A stretch of 46,189 nucleotides of DNA from an uncultured Acidobacteriota bacterium (GTDB taxonomy: Bacteria > Acidobacteriota > HRBIN11). The translations under genes and the position numbers were made by a program. Below are positions 42,735 to 46,189 of the stretch, piece after piece; position 1 is the stretch's first letter, and the number at the start of each line of letters is the position of its first letter. Below the pieces are notes generated by a model. It ran no database searches and was not told the origin of the DNA. It worked only from the letters and a program-made list of their open reading frames with translations. The stretch is taken from positions 1 through 46,189 of the forward strand of contig CAZIRO010000001.1 of NCBI GenBank assembly GCA_964541595.1. The letters are read 5' to 3'.

Positions 42735-43382
42735 TCAGCCCAAATAAAATAGCAAACCGAACAGGTAGATCCAAACAATGTCCACAAAATGCCAGTACGT
42801 CGCCGCGAGTCCCACACCGGGGTGGTACGGCGTGTAGACCCCCCGACGCGCCCGCAGGAAAACGACGATCAGGGCCACAAGTCCGCCGAACAGGTGCAAT
42901 GCGTGGACCGCCGTCAACAGATAGAAAAACGAACTGTGCGGGTTCGTGGGCAGGTAAATGCCCTGTGCCTGCAATTGTCGCCAGGCGATATACTGCCCGA
43001 TGAGAAACACCAGCCCGAGTCCCGCGGTAATGAGCAACCACCGTTGCAGTGCTTCCGTCGCCCATCGTTTCAGTTGCCGCCGGGCTATCTCCATCGTCAC
43101 ACTGCTGGCGATGAGGATTACCGTATTGAACCACAGGATCGGAGGCATCCGGATCGGCTGCCAGTCAGCGCCGGCCCGGCGGGCGATATACGCACTGCTG
43201 AACCCCGCAAAGAGCATGGTCGCCGTCGCCAGAAAGGCCCACAACCCGATCTGTTTCGTATGAATGGGCAGTGCACCCTCGTTTTCGGGATAGGGCCCCT
43301 CACCGCCGTTACCGTTACCGTTCGTATCTACGGGCACGTCGAGACCGGATTCGCCGGTTCCCGAATGCACCCATCGGGTCAT
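42735..43382 (-). CDS. ctaE: Cytochrome c oxidase subunit III
   Basis: FYLLTAVHALHLFGG and TYWHFVDIVWIYLF. ATGA overlap with ctaD (43379-43382). Confidence 0.9.
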   Translation of the reverse strand: MTRWVHSGTGESGLDVPVDTNGNGNGGEGPYPENEGALPIHTKQIGLWAFLATATMLFAGFSSAYIARRAGADWQPIRMPPILWFNTVILIASSVTMEIARRQLKRWATEALQRWLLITAGLGLVFLIGQYIAWRQLQAQGIYLPTNPHSSFFYLLTAVHALHLFGGLVALIVVFLRARRGVYTPYHPGVGLAATYWHFVDIVWIYLFGLLFYLG

Positions 43383-45172
43383 GCGTGCACCTCGACACCG
43401 ACTTTTTCGGGTTCCAGATGCTGCGGAATGTGGTCGTCCGGTGCGCCGGGAACGCTGTATTCATACGGGCCACGGTACACCGCCGGTACCGGACCGTCCC
43501 AGTTGCCATGCGGCGCCGGAGATTCCGTGGTCCACTCGAGCGTGTTCGCCCGCCACGGATTCCGGTCCGCTTTCTTGCCCCTGAACATGCTCCAGAAGAA
43601 GTTGAACAGGAAGATGAACTGCGCCGCACCGAGGACAAACGCGCTGATACTGATCCAGACGTTCAGCGGTTGCAGGGGTTTGAGGAAATCGTACTGCGTG
43701 GGATCGTAGATCCGGCGCATCATACCGCCCATGCCGAGGTAGTACATCGGGAAGAACGTCGAATAGTACGTGATGAACGTCAACCAGAAGTGAATCTTGC
43801 CGAGCGTTTCGTTCATCATTCGCCCGAACATCTTGGGAAACCAGTAATACGTTCCAGCAAACACACCGAACAACGCCGCGCCGGCCATAATGAGATGGAA
43901 ATGACCGACCACAAAATACGTATCGTGCATCTGAATATCGATCGGCGGCTGTCCCAGCCAGAGACCGCTCAGGCCACCGCTGATGAACAGTGACACGATA
44001 CCCAGCGCAAACAGCATGGGCGTTGTAAACCGGATCCGCGCCCGCCACAGGGTCGTCAACCAGTTGAACACCTTGATCGCCGACGGGACGGCGATCAACA
44101 GGGTGAACGTGGCAAACGCCATACCGAGATAGGGACTCATCCCGCTGACGAACATGTGGTGGCCCCAGACGAGAAAACTGAGCACCGATATCGCCCAGAT
44201 CGCATAGACCATTGACTTATAACTGAAGATCGGTTTCCGGCTGAAGACGGTAATGATATCCGAGGTGATCCCCATGGCCGGGAGCATCAGGATGTACACT
44301 TCCGGATGTCCGAGAAACCAGAACAGATGCTGCCATAACAGCGGGGACCCGCCCTGTGTGGTCAAACCCTGCTGGATCTCCACCACGTGTCCACCGATGT
44401 ACAGTCCCTGCGGGAGGAAGAAACTCGTGCCCAGATGCCGGTCAAAGAGTAACATGATCGCACCTGCCGTCAGTGCGGGAAACGAAAGCAGTCCCAGAAT
44501 GGCGACACAGAACAGCGCCCAGGTCGTCAACGGCAACCGCATCATCGACATGCCCCGCGTGCGCAGGTTGAGCACCGTCGTGACAAAATTGAGTCCCCCC
44601 ATGGTAAACGATGCGATGAAAAAGACCATCCCGATGATCCATAGCGTCTGTCCCAACCCCGATCCGGGGATGGCTTCCCGCAAAGCACTCAACGGTGGAT
44701 ACGCCGTCCATCCGGCAGCGGCTGCTCCGCCCTCCACAAAGAAGGACGAGAGAATGACAATGCAGCCGATAAAGAAGGTCCAGTACGACAGCATGTTCAG
44801 GAAGGGAAACGCCATGTCGCGCGCACCGATCTGCAACGGGATCAGGAAGTTGCCGAACCCGCTCACCGGTGCGGTCGACAGTACAAAGAACACCATCAGG
44901 GTCCCATGCATGGTAAACAGCATGGGATAAAACTCGGGTTTCATCAATCCCGTCTGCAGATCAAACCCGGCCGGAAGCAACTTGGCAAGCCAGGTCTGTC
45001 CCAGTTGCGGCCACGCGAGTTGAATACGGATCAGCATCGCAAGCAAACCGGCGACGATGGCCATAAAGATCGCCGTAATGTAATACTGTTTGGCAATGAC
45101 CTTATGGTCCATGCTGAAGACATATTTTCGAATGAAACTCTGCGGTTCCGTGTGATGGTTGTGTTGCGCCAT
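43379..45172 (-). CDS. ctaD: Cytochrome c oxidase subunit I (haem-copper oxidase, A-family)
   Basis: WFLGHPEVYILMLPAMG, GHHMF and HDTYFVVGHFH. The start is placed at the ATG (45170-45172) 4 nt after GGAGGG; longer in-frame starts are at 45184 and 45208. Confidence 0.95.
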   Translation of the reverse strand: MAQHNHHTEPQSFIRKYVFSMDHKVIAKQYYITAIFMAIVAGLLAMLIRIQLAWPQLGQTWLAKLLPAGFDLQTGLMKPEFYPMLFTMHGTLMVFFVLSTAPVSGFGNFLIPLQIGARDMAFPFLNMLSYWTFFIGCIVILSSFFVEGGAAAAGWTAYPPLSALREAIPGSGLGQTLWIIGMVFFIASFTMGGLNFVTTVLNLRTRGMSMMRLPLTTWALFCVAILGLLSFPALTAGAIMLLFDRHLGTSFFLPQGLYIGGHVVEIQQGLTTQGGSPLLWQHLFWFLGHPEVYILMLPAMGITSDIITVFSRKPIFSYKSMVYAIWAISVLSFLVWGHHMFVSGMSPYLGMAFATFTLLIAVPSAIKVFNWLTTLWRARIRFTTPMLFALGIVSLFISGGLSGLWLGQPPIDIQMHDTYFVVGHFHLIMAGAALFGVFAGTYYWFPKMFGRMMNETLGKIHFWLTFITYYSTFFPMYYLGMGGMMRRIYDPTQYDFLKPLQPLNVWISISAFVLGAAQFIFLFNFFWSMFRGKKADRNPWRANTLEWTTESPAPHGNWDGPVPAVYRGPYEYSVPGAPDDHIPQHLEPEKVGVEVHA

Positions 45173-45195
45173 GGCACCCTCCATATATGGACGGC

Positions 45196-46053
45196 CTATT
45201 CCGTGCACAGCGTCAGCGTATCGAATTGAAAGTCTTTCGGATACTGTTGCAATACCGATGCGGGGATGGTCAGTGTGGTCATCATGGAGCGAAACTCTTC
45301 TGACGGCAAAACGTATACAAACCCCCGCATCCGGTAATGGCCGAGGCCACAGTGTTCTGCACAGGCGATCTCAAACTTGCCCACCCGCGTCGGCGTGAAC
45401 CATACATGCACGGTCATCCCGGGGACGGCATCCTGTTTGAATCGGAACGGCGGAACAAAGAAACTGTGCAGTACATCCCGGGACCGGATCTGCAGATGCA
45501 CGGGACGGTTCACCTCGAGGAACAACTGGTTCTGCAAACAGATATCGTCCTCGGCCGCGGGATCGTCGAAATCGATGCCGATGAAGTTGTACTCCTGATC
45601 ACTGATGAACTTCGGATCCGTTCGACCGAACCGACCGTCGGCCCCCGGATACCGGATATTCCATTGAAACTGCTGTCCGACGATTTCCACCACGAGGGCA
45701 TCCTGCGGCGGCGGAGTATACAACCGCGCCCACAGGCGAAGTGCCCCGAAAACGAGTATGCTCAGGATCAGGGCCGTCACCGCCGTCCAGGTGATCTCCA
45801 GACGCGGATTGTCCGGAAAGTAATGCGCACGCGTCTGCGCGTCCGCACGGTATTTCCAGGCGAACCACCCGAGCAGAATGTGGGTGAAAATGAAGGCAAT
45901 CCCCGTAATGATCAGGGTGGCACGGATAAACGTGTCCAGTGTCGCCCGATCCGAGGCGAGTTCCGGAAACCACGGGTGCGTGAATGCCCAGACCACAAGG
46001 AGAATAAACAAAAACACCGTTCCGGCAAACATACCGGCCTGCACACGATTCAT
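45196..46053 (-). CDS. ctaC: Cytochrome c oxidase subunit II (CuA, no fused cytochrome c domain)
   Basis: Two N-terminal TM helices. CuA motif HSFFVP...CAEHCGLGHYRM. ATG at 46051-46053 is preceded by GGAGGGTGGGGT. Confidence 0.92.
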   Translation of the reverse strand: MNRVQAGMFAGTVFLFILLVVWAFTHPWFPELASDRATLDTFIRATLIITGIAFIFTHILLGWFAWKYRADAQTRAHYFPDNPRLEITWTAVTALILSILVFGALRLWARLYTPPPQDALVVEIVGQQFQWNIRYPGADGRFGRTDPKFISDQEYNFIGIDFDDPAAEDDICLQNQLFLEVNRPVHLQIRSRDVLHSFFVPPFRFKQDAVPGMTVHVWFTPTRVGKFEIACAEHCGLGHYRMRGFVYVLPSEEFRSMMTTLTIPASVLQQYPKDFQFDTLTLCTE

Positions 46054-46189
46054 ACCCCACCCTCCAGCAGCAAATTCGTATAGACACCGCACCGGTGATC
46101 ATGCAATCGGAAATACCACGCGAGGGGGGAACGCCAGCCGCGTTCTGTACATTCTGGACACGACACCGCGTTCTATTCTAATCGAATCC

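Overview
This is a 46.2-kb bacterial chromosomal window. The lineage cannot be assigned from sequence alone, though the beta-barrel OMP, lipobox and RodZ suggest a diderm. No rRNA, CRISPR array, transposase or integrase gene was seen.

Bases 1-5831 form a visibly lower-GC, plus-strand island:
- a 5'-truncated primase/helicase-type replicase with two different iteron-like repeat arrays inside its own coding sequence
- three small translationally coupled ORFans, two of them Zn ribbons
- a 1.2-kb ORF-poor, repeat-rich stretch
- a small membrane/Zn-ribbon protein

The island stops exactly at the 3' end of tRNA-Arg(CCT). I read it as the distal part of an integrated replicative element whose integrase and att partner lie off-window.

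The remaining ~40 kb (about 60% GC by eye) is almost entirely minus-strand housekeeping:
- apt, rpmE, a C39-like peptidase and an HMA metallochaperone
- pheT lacking the B2 OB domain and unlinked to pheS, coupled to a DUF2007 protein and a Trp-rich ORFan
- a ~12-gene co-directional array: ftsY, PfkB kinase, ABC-2 exporter, membrane Zn-ribbon protein, RodZ, LRV-repeat protein, PP2C, Hanks kinase, TPR protein, ribE, ribBA
- thrS, an M28 peptidase, an H+-PPase and a coxMNOP-like aa3 oxidase operon

The most unusual locus is 28.4-35.1 kb. It encodes, in order, a lipoprotein octahaem cytochrome, a Hanks Ser/Thr kinase fused to a polytopic membrane module with two H-x13-H helices, a 33-haem (11 x trihaem) cytochrome, and a beta-barrel OMP. 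The last three genes are tightly or translationally coupled; a 168-nt gap separates the octahaem gene from the kinase gene. It looks like a porin-cytochrome electron conduit with a built-in eukaryotic-like kinase.

Two repeat systems occupy the larger intergenic regions. One is heptanucleotide tandem arrays arranged as long inverted repeats (CCTGAGA type and TTTCGGA type). The other is a ~130-180-bp MITE-like element with 21-nt ATCGGGACAGGNAATGGGACA termini.
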